A DNA stretch of 36,891 bases, taken from the IMG/VR virus record IMGVR_UViG_3300043428_000023, positions 1 to 36,891 of that record. One strand, given 5' to 3'. This document shows positions 8,630 to 17,432 of this stretch, piece after piece. The notes under the pieces are model-generated. The model ran no database searches and had not been told where the DNA came from. It worked only from the letters and a program-made list of their open reading frames with translations. This DNA is from a virus (Duplodnaviria; Caudoviricetes). The number at the start of each line of letters is the position of its first letter. The stretch's first letter is position 1. Position numbers and translations under genes: made by a program.

Positions 8630-9148
8630 TCATCCTGTTTTTTTAAACCTAATCGCCATCAGGATGATTGCCGCGACAACTGTCATCCACAGTTTTCCCA
8701 CAATCTGGCCGGAGATGAAGTCAAGAGAGCCAAAGGCCATCCATAAAAACACCGCGCTGTCTATCGCTGCGCCAACGACGCCGGATGCTGCAACAGCCAA
8801 AGCGAGACGCTTGCGCTGGAGGGGAGCATAGATTGCAAGGTCGGCCAACTCGGAAAGAAGAAACGCGGCGACAGACGCCACGACCAGCGCAGGCGGTGAG
8901 AACTGAAAAGAAAGGACAGCACCAAACAAAATCGCAGCGATTGCCCATTGCCAGCCAAGCAGGCGATGCACGGCATCACGCAGCACCAAAGCCGCACCAA
9001 TCATCAGCACGCCAGAAGGAGCCATGAGGCCAAATCCTACTGGGATCAGGCAAGGTCCATCTGGGATGCACTGGCCGACGTTGCCTATCATCCAGTTTGC
9101 CGCTGGTATTGTTGCCGCATATGCGGCCAAGGCGATATATCCGTTCAT
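8630..9148 (-). CDS. yhhQ: VUT/YhhQ-family (DUF165) queuosine-precursor transporter-like membrane protein; start revised to 9148
   Basis: About 6 hydrophobic helices; AANW, G..LVLRD.VH..LG, AS..AFLLSE..D..IY, GAAIDS.VF..AFG and GQIVGK motifs; ATGA overlap with the upstream gene's stop. Confidence 0.85.
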   Translation of the reverse strand: MNGYIALAAYAATIPAANWMIGNVGQCIPDGPCLIPVGFGLMAPSGVLMIGAALVLRDAVHRLLGWQWAIAAILFGAVLSFQFSPPALVVASVAAFLLSELADLAIYAPLQRKRLALAVAASGVVGAAIDSAVFLWMAFGSLDFISGQIVGKLWMTVVAAIILMAIRFKKTG

Positions 9149-9825
9149 ACTGGAAGGTCCATTTGTTGAGGGCGAATTTCCCAGCGCGCTGGGCATTGTG
9201 ATCCATCCCATCGATCAGCCATCTTGCGGGGTGTCTGATGCGGGAGATGGTGATTGCGTGCAAGATCGGTGCTGTCTACCGAAGCAAAAGGATATTGCTT
9301 CCCAGACAACTGCATCCCGCGAAGCATGTGAAGCCAAGGCATTCGCTTGTGGCGCAAGGTCAGTTCATTGAAGGCTTCATCCATGCGGCGGCACCAAGCG
9401 TCAGACAGCACGATTGCATATTCTGCCGTTGATCCCACACAGACGCGAGGCCATTCCTCACATAGCCGAAGGAGCCGATAGATTGGCTCATCCATATGCC
9501 AAACAGGCGCGCCCTTGTGGCCGTGAGGCCACTCACGCAAAAGAGCATCCTGCTCCTGCGTTCCGGCGTCAATGACATCAGGGATCACGGCCCATGTGGT
9601 TGGGTAGTCAAGCCATTGATCGCACCACTGATAATAGCCGTTCCAGTTTGTCTGTTTACCAGATTTCCAAGCTGAAAACGCGCCGTTATCCAACATCACA
9701 GACTGACCGATCATGTGAACCCGTGCGACATCCTGCGGCGCTGCGTGCGAGACGCAGAAGCATCTACCAGCAAGTTCCATTATGGCATCAATTGGCGTTA
9801 TGGGCGTGCCGTGATAATGGATCAT
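9145..9825 (-). CDS. TGT/DpdA-like base-exchange transglycosylase (divergent, 226 aa); start revised from 10071 to 9825
   Basis: MIHYHGTP start with ATGA overlap; MLDNGAFS (cf. TGT DSGG[FY]), IPDVI, PVWH, LHML and SVDST match the conserved Asp/His positions of the TGT barrel; adjacent to a YhhQ-like gene. Confidence 0.7.
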   Translation of the reverse strand: MIHYHGTPITPIDAIMELAGRCFCVSHAAPQDVARVHMIGQSVMLDNGAFSAWKSGKQTNWNGYYQWCDQWLDYPTTWAVIPDVIDAGTQEQDALLREWPHGHKGAPVWHMDEPIYRLLRLCEEWPRVCVGSTAEYAIVLSDAWCRRMDEAFNELTLRHKRMPWLHMLRGMQLSGKQYPFASVDSTDLARNHHLPHQTPRKMADRWDGSQCPARWEIRPQQMDLPV

Positions 9826-10043
9826 CTCTTTACCGCCAAATACTGAAACGTGCTGCCATAGGCTCGCTTGCAGAACAAGAATGCCAGCTTGTCTGTCTCG
9901 GCTCTGGCAGCCGCGTGGCGATGGATGCCGCCGCAATGCTGGCCGATATGGTAGACGATGCGGTCGCCCCTTTGCGCCTCTGCAAGAGCGACAAGCAGGG
10001 CATCCGGCCTTGTGTCGCCCGTGATGTAGATGGTCTGGCTCAT
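9822..10043 (-). CDS. Hypothetical protein (73 aa)
   Basis: ORF with ATGA coupling to the transglycosylase-like gene; GDRIVYHIG and FQYLAVKR patterns. Confidence 0.7.
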   Translation of the reverse strand: MSQTIYITGDTRPDALLVALAEAQRGDRIVYHIGQHCGGIHRHAAARAETDKLAFLFCKRAYGSTFQYLAVKR

Positions 10044-10049
10044 TCACAT

Positions 10050-10320
10050 GCCCCATATAATGTTTGCACATTACGCTGGAAGATACACATGCGTGATAAC
10101 TTCCAAGCCATTGTCCTATAAGTCTTTTCTTTATATATTATATGTTTACACATATATATATACTTACTTATTCCAAGGAAGTGACCCTCATAGGGACACC
10201 TGATGGCTGTGATATTATGACTTATGCAGGTGTAAACATTGCAATGTTTAAACTTGCCTTTTTCTCTAGCATTATCAATACCTTGCATAATATCTGGCGC
10301 GCTTAACTTCATGTGTAACA
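10050..10320. other. AT-rich non-coding region with ATGTTT(A/G)(C/A)AC repeats: candidate replication origin
   Basis: Appears to be the most AT-rich stretch in the window (TATATATATA); repeats at ~10060, 10142, 10230 (inverted) and 10244; 18-bp palindrome TAAACATTGCAATGTTTA at 10233..10250; directly downstream of the DUF3987-type gene. Confidence 0.6.
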
Positions 10321-11829
10321 TCACGCCACCACCCAGACATCTGGTATCTTGCCCTTCCAAGCCTTTTTGCCAGCCTCTCGTCTGATCATGCCCGCGCTAG
10401 CCATCTTCATCAGGATCGGCTCTATGATTTCTGGCTTCATTCTCATGCGGTTTGCCAGCACCTTGGTCGATGCACCTTTGTCCGGGTCAATGTAGTTGAT
10501 GACCCGCGCTGCAATGGCTTCCTCTGGGCGGTCCTTGGAGTTATCGTTGGCGAACACCAATTTGATCTTTGCATCAAGTTCCGCCCTGACGTAAGCGAAG
10601 GCCCAGCGCACATGGTCTGCCGTTCTCTGAGCGGTTGGGATAGCCAGAATAAAGCTGATCTTGGCTACCAATTCATAAGCGCGGCGGATCATGGCAACGG
10701 ATGCTTCGCCTGTGTTCTCGCCCATCTCATCTGCATAAGCGTGAAGCCACTTGGACACCTTGCGAAGCATCTCGCTGGCGTCTTCGTCTGTCTTTACGAG
10801 TTCACGATCACCAGAATATTCCACACGCCCGCCACTGGTCATCAAGTCACAGTTACCGCCGTTAAAAATCTGAGACAGCCGCATGGCTAGATTTTCAGGC
10901 ATCGGGCGCTTGCGAAAGTTCTCTCGTTCTTCTGGGTTGTTGTCCGTTTCTGCCACGATGATAGCACGGCCCACAAAGCCCTGCGTTGCTGTTTCACCAT
11001 CCATGATCTGATCGAAGGTGCCGGGGGTTGTGAAGCCAACCACAGAAAGAAACGGCCTTTCAAGACCCTGATCCACCATGTTCAGCATACGCTGTGCGCG
11101 GGCGATTAGATCGGCACGTCCATCATCTTCTGCTTTGGCCAGCATCCCGCCGAACATCTTGCGAAGTTCTCGCTTGGTGTCGCCCTGCAAAAGCATTCGG
11201 CTATTGGCCTTTGAATAGCCCGACATGATCGCGCCGAACACGCTTTCGAGATATGCCGCACCGCCGCGCTTCTGAGCATTACGGACCTTGATCAAAAAGA
11301 TGCCGATCTCGTCTATGATGTAATACGCCGACTGATGTTCGATCAGGTTCCGCATGATCTCTTGCTCGGATTTAATGCCGCCTTGCAGCGCGTAATGCAC
11401 GCCCGCCGCAATGTGCAGATCGGTCAGAGCCTGCATAACCGCCTCTTTGCCTGTGGCGCTGGCAGCCACGCAGAAAGCCAGCATATTGGCTGTGACGCCA
11501 TCCCGCAGGTCTTCGTGGCGAAGGCCGCCGATGTTACCAATGGCAGAAATGGCAGATGCTACGGCCAAGCGGCGGCGGGGATAACGGCACTGGCTGTCGA
11601 TCCAAGCGGCCACATCACCAACAAACCCGGGCGGGGTAAGCAGATCCAGCCCGTCAAGTGGAAATGGCGGGGGAAAGCGGTCGTTGCTTTCTGGTGCTTC
11701 TGGGACTGGCGGTGCGAAATCTTCCGCGCTGAACTCATCTTGAGAATAGGTCTGCGCTATCTGCGATGATTGCCCGAACTTGGCCCCGTTATAGCCCGCC
11801 TCAAAGTCTGCGAAATCGTCGGCACTCAT
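10321..11829 (-). CDS. DUF3987-type P-loop ATPase/helicase-like replication protein with C-terminal winged helix
   Basis: PPGFVGDVAAWI, degenerate Walker A AASATGKE, Walker B YYIIDEIG, GFTTP and GFVGRAII; no recognisable primase domain. Confidence 0.75.
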   Translation of the reverse strand: MSADDFADFEAGYNGAKFGQSSQIAQTYSQDEFSAEDFAPPVPEAPESNDRFPPPFPLDGLDLLTPPGFVGDVAAWIDSQCRYPRRRLAVASAISAIGNIGGLRHEDLRDGVTANMLAFCVAASATGKEAVMQALTDLHIAAGVHYALQGGIKSEQEIMRNLIEHQSAYYIIDEIGIFLIKVRNAQKRGGAAYLESVFGAIMSGYSKANSRMLLQGDTKRELRKMFGGMLAKAEDDGRADLIARAQRMLNMVDQGLERPFLSVVGFTTPGTFDQIMDGETATQGFVGRAIIVAETDNNPEERENFRKRPMPENLAMRLSQIFNGGNCDLMTSGGRVEYSGDRELVKTDEDASEMLRKVSKWLHAYADEMGENTGEASVAMIRRAYELVAKISFILAIPTAQRTADHVRWAFAYVRAELDAKIKLVFANDNSKDRPEEAIAARVINYIDPDKGASTKVLANRMRMKPEIIEPILMKMASAGMIRREAGKKAWKGKIPDVWVVA

Positions 11830-12236
11830 TTTTTACCTTCCATTTGATCTTTAGCCCACTTTGCAAAGGCCAATTGCTCGCTGAGCGACATACGTTGCCA
11901 AAGCGCACCAACAAGACGCTTGATTTGCCGAGATGCGAATAAAGCATGACCACCGCTCATGCCGCCAAGCCGATCGACAGCGGCAAGAGCATAGCATTCA
12001 AGTTCTGACGGGTTGGCAGTCTCAGCCCAGAACCTTGCATCTTCACGGGCTGTGCCGTCGATCAGTGGCAAGAGCGGCAAGCCAGCCGACCGAATGTTCA
12101 GCCAATCATAAGCTGCCCATGCAACAGCCTCGGGGTCATGCTCGGCCAGCGTGTCAAGATAGACAACCGCCTGCGAAACGATATGCGCTGGGCGCACAGG
12201 CCGAACAGGCGCGGGGAAATCAGGATCGTGGGTCAT
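11826..12236 (-). CDS. Hypothetical helical protein (136 aa) coupled to the DUF3987-type gene
   Basis: ATGA overlaps with both neighbours. Confidence 0.75.
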   Translation of the reverse strand: MTHDPDFPAPVRPVRPAHIVSQAVVYLDTLAEHDPEAVAWAAYDWLNIRSAGLPLLPLIDGTAREDARFWAETANPSELECYALAAVDRLGGMSGGHALFASRQIKRLVGALWQRMSLSEQLAFAKWAKDQMEGKK

Positions 12237-12409
12237 GCGTCACGCGGCGAAAGATAAAGGGATAGCGCCTCTATCGTCCTCAGTGTTGGGTTGGTGTTCT
12301 TTCCGTCGCGGATCGCGGTCAGCGTGTTTCGGTGAACACCTGTCGCGTCGGCTACTACATTTAGCTTCCTATCATGCAGAAGGCCCTTGATCTGGTCTAG
12401 TGTCATCAT
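12233..12409 (-). CDS. Cro/XRE-like HTH regulator (58 aa); start revised to 12409
   Basis: LNVVADATGVHRNTLTAIRDG...NPTLRTIEAL HTH; GAGGAG RBS. Confidence 0.85.
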   Translation of the reverse strand: MMTLDQIKGLLHDRKLNVVADATGVHRNTLTAIRDGKNTNPTLRTIEALSLYLSPRDA

Positions 12410-12443
12410 CTGAAAAAACTCCTCGTTTGTGCGTCTATGCCCT

Positions 12444-12477
12444 CTTGACATACTCCCGCGCACAATGCAATGTCAAG
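12444..12477. promoter_or_regulatory. Divergent promoter/operator region with face-to-face TTGACA boxes
   Basis: CTTGACAT (12444..12451)-N18-ATGTCAAG (12470..12477) inverted repeat, giving a perfect -35 on each strand between the divergent replication operons. Confidence 0.65.
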
Positions 12478-12543
12478 TCACCGGGTTGAGAGCCTGCCCC
12501 GGTCAGGCGAGGCACAAGGTGCCAAACATGAAAGGAACGATCC

Positions 12544-13335
12544 ATGTCAATCATGGAGTTAGCACGCAAGCCGGTTGACCGGCCTGTCATCGTGACAGTT
12601 TGCGGCGATGCTGGGCGAGGCAAGACAAGCCTCGCAGCGGCATTTCCCAAGCCTATCTTCATCCGCGCAGAAGACGGGATGCAAGCCATCCCGGCAGACA
12701 AGCGCCCTGATGCGTTTCCACTTTTGCAAAGTGCATCGCAGCTTTGGGAGCAAATCACGGCTGTGATTCATGAGCCGCACGATTACCAGACGCTGGTAAT
12801 CGACAGCGTAACAGCCTTGGAGCGGCTTTTCGTGGCGGATGTTCTGGCACAAGACCCAAAGGCCAAAAGCATCAACCAAGCCCTTGGCGGATACGGCGCT
12901 GGCACGGCTGCGGTGTCTGCTATGCACCAGCGGGTTCGCAAGGGTGCTGGGCTGGCAAATGAAAAGCGCGGGATGCACGTTGTCTTCGTGGCGCACGCTG
13001 ATGTGGAAACGCTGAAGCTGCCCGACGTTGACGACTACATGCGCTGGACCCTGCGCCTGCCGCCTAAATCGCAGCCGCCCTACACCGACGATGTGGATGT
13101 TGTCGGGTTCCTGCGTCTTGTGACCTACACCAAGGGCGAGGACGGCGACCGCAAGAAGGCGATCAGCACGGGCGATCTGGAAATGGTTTGTCATGCTACG
13201 GCTGCCAACGTCTCTAAGAACCGCTACGGCATCACCGATCCGCTGGATTACCGCATCGGGGAAAACCCGCTGGCCAAAGTCATCCCGTCGCTTGGCGGGG
13301 CAAAATCTAACACCAAAGAAGAAGGAGCCGAATGA
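12544..13335 (+). CDS. sak4: Sak4-like (AAA_24) single-strand annealing recombinase ATPase
   Basis: GDAGRGKTSLAA, FIRAEDG, TLVIDSV, GGYGAG, VFVAH and SKNRY motifs; followed by SSB and exonuclease. Confidence 0.88.
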   Translation: MSIMELARKPVDRPVIVTVCGDAGRGKTSLAAAFPKPIFIRAEDGMQAIPADKRPDAFPLLQSASQLWEQITAVIHEPHDYQTLVIDSVTALERLFVADVLAQDPKAKSINQALGGYGAGTAAVSAMHQRVRKGAGLANEKRGMHVVFVAHADVETLKLPDVDDYMRWTLRLPPKSQPPYTDDVDVVGFLRLVTYTKGEDGDRKKAISTGDLEMVCHATAANVSKNRYGITDPLDYRIGENPLAKVIPSLGGAKSNTKEEGAE

Positions 13336-13958
13336 TGGGCTTTTGGGATCTGAGCGACGGCGAGACAGCCGCAAACACTGGCACCGAATATGAAGTGCCT
13401 TCTGGCAATATTGAACCGATCCCGGCAGGATCGTCTGTGCTGGCCATGATCGACGAGTGCAAGTGGGAGATGAAGCCCACTGGCGAGGAGTTTATCTCGG
13501 CACGCTGGACAGTTCTTGCGCCGGAGGAATACAAAAACCGCAAGGTGTTTCACAAGCTGTGGGTCTTGGATATGGACCCCAGCGCCAAGGACGAAGCGTC
13601 TGGCATCAAGAAGCGCGACAAAGCCCGCAAGATGCTGGCAGCCATCGACGCCAACGCGGGCGGCAAGCTGACCGCAAAGCCGGGACGCCCGACCAACGAT
13701 GACCTTTTGAGCCTGACCAACAAGCCAATGGTTGCAAGCATGATGATCTGGTCAATGCCAGATACGCGCAACGGCGGCATGATGCACGGCAACTGGGTAT
13801 CTGCGGTGGCTTCCAAAGGCTCCAAAGATATCCACGTTGCAGAAGCAAAACCGCTGCCATCTGGTGGCCCGGAAGCTTCAGGTTCGCGTGATGACTTTGG
13901 TTCCAAGCCGGGTGCCGGCTATCGCGCCCCGGTGACGGACGACGAAATCCCGTTCTAA
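13332..13958 (+). CDS. ssb: Single-stranded DNA-binding protein (DUF669-like)
   Basis: IEPIPAG..LAMIDE, EYKNRKVFHKLWV; acidic C-terminal tail DDEIPF. Confidence 0.82.
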   Translation: MMGFWDLSDGETAANTGTEYEVPSGNIEPIPAGSSVLAMIDECKWEMKPTGEEFISARWTVLAPEEYKNRKVFHKLWVLDMDPSAKDEASGIKKRDKARKMLAAIDANAGGKLTAKPGRPTNDDLLSLTNKPMVASMMIWSMPDTRNGGMMHGNWVSAVASKGSKDIHVAEAKPLPSGGPEASGSRDDFGSKPGAGYRAPVTDDEIPF

Positions 13959-13968
13959 AAAATGGGAC

Positions 13969-14026
13969 GCCCAGCCCGTCAAGGTTGGAGCCGAATAGAC
14001 CTGAGCAGTCAGGCGGCGGGCTGGGC
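13969..14026 (+). other. Branched stem-loop between ssb and exonuclease
   Basis: GCCCAGCCCGTC/GGCGGGCTGGGC 12-bp stem enclosing a CCTGA-GCAG-TCAGG hairpin. Confidence 0.55.
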
Positions 14027-14055
14027 AAACAAACATTAACCGATTGGAGCCGGGA

Positions 14056-14922
14056 ATGGAACAACGCACGAAAGAATGGTTTGAGGCACGCGCAGGCCGC
14101 ATCACAGCATCAAGCGTGGGCGCGATCTTGGGTCATGCGCCCTACGCCACACGCGACGATGTAATGCGCCGAATGGTGCGTGAGTATCATGGTGCGCCCA
14201 CTGAGTTCGAAGGCAATATTGCCACCGAATATGGCACGCGCAACGAGGCTGGGGCGCTGACCGAATACATGATGGAAACGGGCAATGTCGTTGAGGCAGT
14301 GGGGTTCATCAAATGCGATGATTGGGGCGGGTGCAGCCCAGATGGATTGATTACGAACAGCGGCAAGGGATTGGAGATAAAATGCCCATTCGGCCTGCGA
14401 AAGGATGAAGTGCCGACGTTCAAGACTTTGGCAGAACAGCCTCATTATTATGACCAAGTGCAGTTTTCCATGTATGTAGCTGGCAAGGTTTTTTGGGACT
14501 TTTACCAATGGTCGCCGCGCGGGACAAAACTGGAGACTGTTTTGTGGGATGGCGATTGGATGGACGAAAACTTGCCAAAGCTGCGACAGTTTTATGCGGA
14601 GTATTTGGCCGAGCGGGAAGAACCAGCAATACACCTTGAGCCAAAGCGTCCCATCATCGACACGCCAGAAGCGCATCGCATCATGGCTGAATACGACCAG
14701 ATTTGCGATGCACTGGATCGGGCCGAAGAACGCAAGAAAGAACTGCTGGCCGACATGGTGAAAATTGCTGGCGAGAAAAACGTAGTTTTCGCTGGGCGCA
14801 AGCTGACCAAGACAGAAAAGGCTGGCGCTATAGCTTATGGCAAGGCTGTGAAGGCTCTAATGCCAGATGCCGACCTTGAACCGTATCGCGGCAAGCCTTC
14901 AAGCTATTGGGGGGTCAAATGA
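14056..14922 (+). CDS. YqaJ/lambda-exonuclease family 5'-3' exonuclease
   Basis: QRT.EWF.ARAGRITAS, SPDGL, LEIKCP and YY.QVQ motifs; ATG 14056 after GGAG. Confidence 0.92.
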   Translation: MEQRTKEWFEARAGRITASSVGAILGHAPYATRDDVMRRMVREYHGAPTEFEGNIATEYGTRNEAGALTEYMMETGNVVEAVGFIKCDDWGGCSPDGLITNSGKGLEIKCPFGLRKDEVPTFKTLAEQPHYYDQVQFSMYVAGKVFWDFYQWSPRGTKLETVLWDGDWMDENLPKLRQFYAEYLAEREEPAIHLEPKRPIIDTPEAHRIMAEYDQICDALDRAEERKKELLADMVKIAGEKNVVFAGRKLTKTEKAGAIAYGKAVKALMPDADLEPYRGKPSSYWGVK

Positions 14923-16778
14923 CCCTCCGCCCCTATCAGGCTGACGCAGCGCAGGCAGCTTTGGATTGGATGAAGCGCAGCACCGCGCCATTCATTATCG
15001 ACGCGGCCACTGGCGCAGGCAAGTCTCACATCATTGCCGAGATCGCGGCCGTCATTCACGGCATGACAGGCAAGCGTGTACTGTGTCTTGCGCCTAGCGC
15101 CGAATTGGTCACTCAGAACCGCGAGAAATATCTGGCAACGGGAAACCGAGCCAGCATGTTCTCAGCATCAGCGGGCGCAAAAGAATTGCGGCATCCTGTG
15201 GTTTTTGGCTCTCCGCTGACCGTCAAGAACCGCGTAAGCCGCTTCAAGGAACATTACGCACTGGTGATCTTAGATGAAGCGCATGGGATCACGCCGACTG
15301 TGCGCGAGATAATTGATGCCATGAGAGACGGCAATTCAAACTTGCGGGTTTGCGGGCTAACAGCAACGCCCTATCGCTTGGGGTCTGGGTGGATCTTCAG
15401 AGAACATGACGGCGGCAAGATTAATGGCGAGGACACAGCCCGCGATCCATACTTTGCAAAGTGCGTTTACAAGATAGACGCAAGGTCGCTGATCGAAATG
15501 AGATACCTGACGCCGCCAGTGATCGGGAAGATCAACGCCAAGGGATATGACACTGGCGGTCTTGCCCTAAACAGCAGAGGCCAGTTTGATGCCGATGCAG
15601 TTGATCGTGCTTATCACGGCCACGGGCGCAAAACGTCGGCCATCGTCGGCGATGTCGTGGCGCAGGCACATGATCGCCGTGGCATTATGTTCTTTGCCGC
15701 CACTGTAAAGCACGCTCAAGAGATCATGGCCAGCTTGCCACAGGGGCTTTCCGAGATTGTCACGGGTGACACTCCAAAGAGCCAACGAGACGATATCCTG
15801 CAAAGGTTTAAAGCGCAGCAAATCAAGTATCTGGTCAACGTGTCTGTGCTAACCACTGGATTTGATGCCAGCCATGTCGATCTGATTGCCATTCTTCGCA
15901 AGACCGAAAGCGTTGGGCTGCTACAACAGATCATTGGACGCGGCCTTCGACTGCATCCCGGCAAGACAGATTGCTTGGTTCTGGATTACACCACGAACCT
16001 TGAAGATCACTGTCCAGACGGCGATTTGTTCGCGCCAGTGGTAAAAGCTGGCAAGGCTTCTGGTGGCGGTGACGGGCTGACTTGCATCTGCCCATCGTGC
16101 CAATACGAAAACAGCTTTACGGCTAGCCCGTTGTATCTGGATTATCAAAAGGACGAAGCTGGCTATGTGCTGGATTTGGATGGGCGACAAATCATGTCAG
16201 ACTTTGGCCCCATCCCCGGTCACTTCGGTCGTCGCTGCATGGGGCTGGTGCAAGCTGGCAGGCGCGGTGAATACGAGCGGTGCGGGTATCGCTGGACATT
16301 TAAAGAATGCCCGCATTGCGCCGCAGAGAACGACATCGCGGCTCGGTATTGCATGGCCTGCAAAGGCGAGATCGTTGACCCCAACGAAAAGTTGGTTGCA
16401 GATTTCAAGGCGCTAAAACGCGACCCAACGCGCACGCAAACAGACAAGGTGCTAAGTATGTCATGTGCGCCCGGGATCAGCCGATCTGGCAATCGCACAA
16501 TGCGGGTGGAATGGGTTACGCCATATCGGCAGTTTGCCACTTGGTTTATGCCAGATGCGCCGCATGTGCGCGGTCAGGTGGCGTGGCAGGCTTTCGAGGC
16601 TGTGACTATGGGCGGGACAGTCTCGCCTAAAACTGTGACCTATGCGAAGAATGCAGAAACAGGCTTCTTTGACATCAAGGCGTATAATCGGCCAGCCGAT
16701 GAGGCGCCGGACGCCAAGCCTGAACCAGAACCCGAATGGGATCCTTTTGATGAGGTAGATCAACATGCGGCTGAGTGA
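14919..16778 (+). CDS. SF2 helicase, RadD/YejH-like, with C-terminal Zn fingers
   Basis: LRPYQ, ATGAGKS, DEAH, LTATP, VLTTGFD and QIIGRGLR; CxxC pairs; ATGA overlap with the exonuclease stop. Confidence 0.93.
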   Translation: MTLRPYQADAAQAALDWMKRSTAPFIIDAATGAGKSHIIAEIAAVIHGMTGKRVLCLAPSAELVTQNREKYLATGNRASMFSASAGAKELRHPVVFGSPLTVKNRVSRFKEHYALVILDEAHGITPTVREIIDAMRDGNSNLRVCGLTATPYRLGSGWIFREHDGGKINGEDTARDPYFAKCVYKIDARSLIEMRYLTPPVIGKINAKGYDTGGLALNSRGQFDADAVDRAYHGHGRKTSAIVGDVVAQAHDRRGIMFFAATVKHAQEIMASLPQGLSEIVTGDTPKSQRDDILQRFKAQQIKYLVNVSVLTTGFDASHVDLIAILRKTESVGLLQQIIGRGLRLHPGKTDCLVLDYTTNLEDHCPDGDLFAPVVKAGKASGGGDGLTCICPSCQYENSFTASPLYLDYQKDEAGYVLDLDGRQIMSDFGPIPGHFGRRCMGLVQAGRRGEYERCGYRWTFKECPHCAAENDIAARYCMACKGEIVDPNEKLVADFKALKRDPTRTQTDKVLSMSCAPGISRSGNRTMRVEWVTPYRQFATWFMPDAPHVRGQVAWQAFEAVTMGGTVSPKTVTYAKNAETGFFDIKAYNRPADEAPDAKPEPEPEWDPFDEVDQHAAE

Positions 16779-17202
16779 CTTCCAAGACATTGCCCAGCGC
16801 GGCGTGGTGACGTTTGGCGATCTGGAGTTCCGCGGCAAGTGCGCGACCGAGGCGCAGGAGCAAATCACGTTTTTCGCGCGATTGCGGCGCGAGTATGGGG
16901 CGACTTGGGGCGCGCTAGCCATCCACCCGCGAAACGAAGGCTTGCGCGCTGGCGGGCAGCTTAGCGCGATTGCGAGGCATAAGGCCGAGGGCATGGTGTC
17001 AGGCGCTGCCGACATCATCATTCCGGGGCGGGTGACGTTTGTCTGCGAACTGAAGCGCCGCGACCCAACGCAAGGGCGCTGGCAGGACGGGCAGCGCGAA
17101 TACCTTGAGGCGGCTGCGAAGGCCGGGGCGTTTGCCTGCGTGGCGCTGGGCTGTAACGCTGCATGGCAGGCGCTACACGCTTGGATCGCGGCCCGCGACT
17201 AG
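16765..17202 (+). CDS. VRR-NUC domain nuclease (probable Holliday junction resolvase)
   Basis: E..EQ, HPRNEG, KAEG...G.ADII and FVCELKR...Q motifs. Confidence 0.88.
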   Translation: MRLSDFQDIAQRGVVTFGDLEFRGKCATEAQEQITFFARLRREYGATWGALAIHPRNEGLRAGGQLSAIARHKAEGMVSGAADIIIPGRVTFVCELKRRDPTQGRWQDGQREYLEAAAKAGAFACVALGCNAAWQALHAWIAARD

Positions 17203-17432
17203 GCCAGCTTGCGCCCGTAGAAGATTTCCAGTTCGGCGAGGCGCTTTTGAATGTCAGAACGGGCGGCCTCATCGAGCCGCCCTTCTTTGTGCAGTTGCAG
17301 CATATAGCCTTTGAGTTCTGTCACGCTGATGATCGTGGCGACCTTCTGCGCGTGCGAAGGTTCCTGCCCGCCCGCCGAAGCGCGCAGGCAAGCCCATTCG
17401 GCTTTTGATCGTTCAACCCTCACCCGTCGCAA
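17199..17432 (-). CDS. Hypothetical protein (~77 aa)
   Basis: Last gene of a short leftward operon; start uncertain. Confidence 0.55.
   Translation of the reverse strand: MRRVRVERSKAEWACLRASAGGQEPSHAQKVATIISVTELKGYMLQLHKEGRLDEAARSDIQKRLAELEIFYGRKLA

Noticed and set aside
9826-10071. N-terminal 82-aa extension of the 308-aa ORF
   Set aside because: Overlaps the 73-aa gene in another frame; the ATGA-coupled MIHYHG start at 9825 is far more plausible
10040-10360. 106-aa minus-strand ORF across the AT-rich region
   Set aside because: Atypical composition and repeat/palindrome content indicate a non-coding origin-like region
12480-12508. H-type pseudoknot in the sak4 leader
   Set aside because: Loop 3 would be 0 nt, which is sterically implausible; treated as alternative hairpins
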